From Terriglobia bacterium (GTDB lineage Bacteria; Acidobacteriota; Terriglobia; JAJPHL01; JAPKYU01): a stretch of 64,000 bases of DNA. The notes beneath the pieces are model-generated. The model was not told the origin of the DNA and made no database searches. It saw only the letters and a list, made by a program, of their open reading frames with translations. The position numbers were made by a program, and so were the translations under genes. Positions 62,090-64,000 of this stretch are shown here, piece after piece. The first letter of the stretch is position 1; each line of letters starts with the position of its first letter. The DNA is taken from NCBI GenBank assembly GCA_965223005.1, contig CBDCVK010000010.1, positions 1,024,001 to 1,088,000 on the forward strand. Direction: 5' to 3'.

Positions 62090-62749
62090 CTACTTCGGCT
62101 GGGCGACGATGCGAAGATAAGGCTTGGGCGCCTTCCAGCCGCCGGCGAATTTCTGTTTCGCGTCCGCGTCCGACACCGACGGCAGGATGATGACATCATC
62201 GCCCTGCTTCCAGTTCACCGGTGTAGCAACTTTGTGCTTGGCCGTGAGCTGCATCGAATCAAGGACCCGCAGTACTTCGTCAAAGTTGCGGCCGGTGCTC
62301 ATTGGGTAGCTGAGCATCAGCTTGATCTTCCTGTCTGGACCGATCACGAACACCGTGCGCACGGTGGCATTGTCCGCCGCGGTACGGCCCTCAGAGGTAT
62401 TCCCGGTTTGGGCCGGCAGCATCCCATAAAGCTTGGCGACTTTGAGCCCCGGGTCGCCGATCATCGGGTAGGTCACCTTGTGGCCCTGAGTCTCCTCAAT
62501 GTCCGCTGCCCACTTGCTGTGATTGTTCACCGGGTCCACGCTCAACCCGATGATCTTGCAGTTTCGCTTCTCGAATTCGGGTTGGAGGCCTGCCATATAG
62601 CCCAGTTCTGTAGTGCACACCGGAGTAAAGTCTTTCGGGTGTGAAAACAAAATCGCCCAGCCGTCGCCAATCCATTCGTGAAAGTTGATCATGCCCTGGG
62701 TCGTTTCGGTGGTGAAATTGGGTGCTTCGTCATTTATGCGTAAGGACAT
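62090..62749 (-). CDS. 1-Cys peroxiredoxin (Prx6)
   Basis: FSHPKDFTPVCTTE, YPMSTGRNFDEVLR; ATG 62749 after GGAGGAGG. Confidence 0.95.
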   Translation of the reverse strand: MSLRINDEAPNFTTETTQGMINFHEWIGDGWAILFSHPKDFTPVCTTELGYMAGLQPEFEKRNCKIIGLSVDPVNNHSKWAADIEETQGHKVTYPMIGDPGLKVAKLYGMLPAQTGNTSEGRTAADNATVRTVFVIGPDRKIKLMLSYPMSTGRNFDEVLRVLDSMQLTAKHKVATPVNWKQGDDVIILPSVSDADAKQKFAGGWKAPKPYLRIVAQPK

Positions 62750-63115
62750 CGTTCGCCTCCTCCGACAGTTTACTCGCGATTTCCGATTTGGATTTGCCCC
62801 AGCGAAAATTCTACATCTGCCAACCTCGAAGCCGATGCCGCCGAGGTAGGTAGAGTAGACCCAGGAGGGCCCCCAAAGCAACACCGTCACCATCGCCGTG
62901 CAGTAGTCTGCTTCGCCTCGGTCCAAGTCTCTGAGTACAAGACGCTTGCCTCAGGTTCAGTGGACTAGTCCCTCTAGGCGGTTAGCGTTTACTTGTGCTT
63001 CAGAACGAACTGAGAGGCTTCAGGTGTCAGGACCCGCCGGAACCGACAGCGTCAGCCTGTCGAGGTGAATTGATGCCGTCCCATGCGCAAATGCACCGCG
63101 GATTCACTAGAGATG

Positions 63116-64000
63116 TCATCCCGCCACTCCGAGCGGGGAGAAATAGATCATTATGAGGACGATGACCGAAATGATAATCGCCGTGTGGATCACCTCCTTG
63201 TAGCTCCAGCTCGCTCTGGAGAGCGCCCTGTCTTGTGCCAAGGTTGTGGCGTAGGTCAGTCCCCTCAGCCTCTGTTCCGATGGGTTCTCTGTCAGGAGGC
63301 TCACGATGGTCATGATGGCGACGGCGATGAGGAACAAAACTGGCGCAAAGTATAGGAAGTTAATCCTGGCATAGGCATGGAGCAGCGGTACCCCTTCCAC
63401 GGGGAAGACCTCGACGGCGAGCTTGCTCATGCCCAGAAGGAAGCCGGCGATCAGCGCCGAGAGGGCACCCTTGCCGTTGATCCGCTTGAAGAAGACGCCG
63501 AGCAGGAAGACCGCCGTGATCGGCGGAGCAATGTAAGCCTGTACGTTTTGGAGGTACTTATAGAGCGAACTCTCCTCCGACATCCCCTTCAGAACCGGAA
63601 TCCAGGCGATCCCCAGGGCGACGACGACCGTCGTGGCGATGCGTCCCACGCGCACCAGCGTCGCCTCGGTGGCTTCGGGTCGGAGCTTCTTGTAGATGTC
63701 CATGGTGAACAGGGTCGAGCAGCCGTTAAACACCGCAGCCAGCGAGCTCATAAGCGCCGCGATCAAGCCGCCGGCAATGAGTCCCCGCACGCCCACCGGG
63801 ATCAGAGTCCTGACCATTGTAGGGAAGACCTGGTCCGCCGTCTCATAGTGGAGCTTGCCCTGCTTGTTCAGGGCAAAGGCGATGATCCCGGGGACGAGAA
63901 AAATAAAAAATGGGAGAAGTTTCAGGTAGCCCGCAAAGATCGTTCCCCTGCGCGCGTTTGCTTCGTCCTTGGCCGCTAGTGTCCGCTGGACGATGCACTG
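63116..64000 (-). CDS. Sodium:solute symporter (SGLT-like); N-terminus outside the window
   Basis: Frame open to the window edge: IVQRTLAAK, GYLKLLP, AALMSSL...FN..STLFTMDIY. Confidence 0.92.
   Translation of the reverse strand, partial: QCIVQRTLAAKDEANARRGTIFAGYLKLLPFFIFLVPGIIAFALNKQGKLHYETADQVFPTMVRTLIPVGVRGLIAGGLIAALMSSLAAVFNGCSTLFTMDIYKKLRPEATEATLVRVGRIATTVVVALGIAWIPVLKGMSEESSLYKYLQNVQAYIAPPITAVFLLGVFFKRINGKGALSALIAGFLLGMSKLAVEVFPVEGVPLLHAYARINFLYFAPVLFLIAVAIMTIVSLLTENPSEQRLRGLTYATTLAQDRALSRASWSYKEVIHTAIIISVIVLIMIYFSPLGVAG

Overview
GC-rich bacterial chromosome segment, most likely Acidobacteriota (Acidobacteria-type VWA protein, short PheT, gene content). Left edge: a corrinoid-dependent methyltransferase operon (RACo/ASKHA activator, small Cys protein, corrinoid protein, MtaA-like enzyme, unknown protein) divergent from a GntR regulator and purU. 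The core stretch holds an LPS Kdo/heptose operon, secA-ftsA-ftsZ, ymdB-zapA-zapB, pheT-pheS-rplT-rpmI-infC-thrS, accC, an SBP56 (methanethiol oxidase family) gene with a His-rich membrane partner, tRNA-Ser(CGA), tadA, a PilS/PilR-like two-component pair in which both genes are frameshifted, and an A1-type cytochrome c oxidase operon. The right part is accessory: trehalase, sugar/inositol TIM-barrel genes, porin, persulfide dioxygenase-rhodanese fusion, 1-Cys peroxiredoxin and a partial sodium:solute symporter. Many short tandem duplications and 7-nt-periodic repeats occur, several at functionally sensitive gene junctions. No CRISPR array, rRNA or intact mobile element was seen. All product calls come from motif recognition, not database searches.
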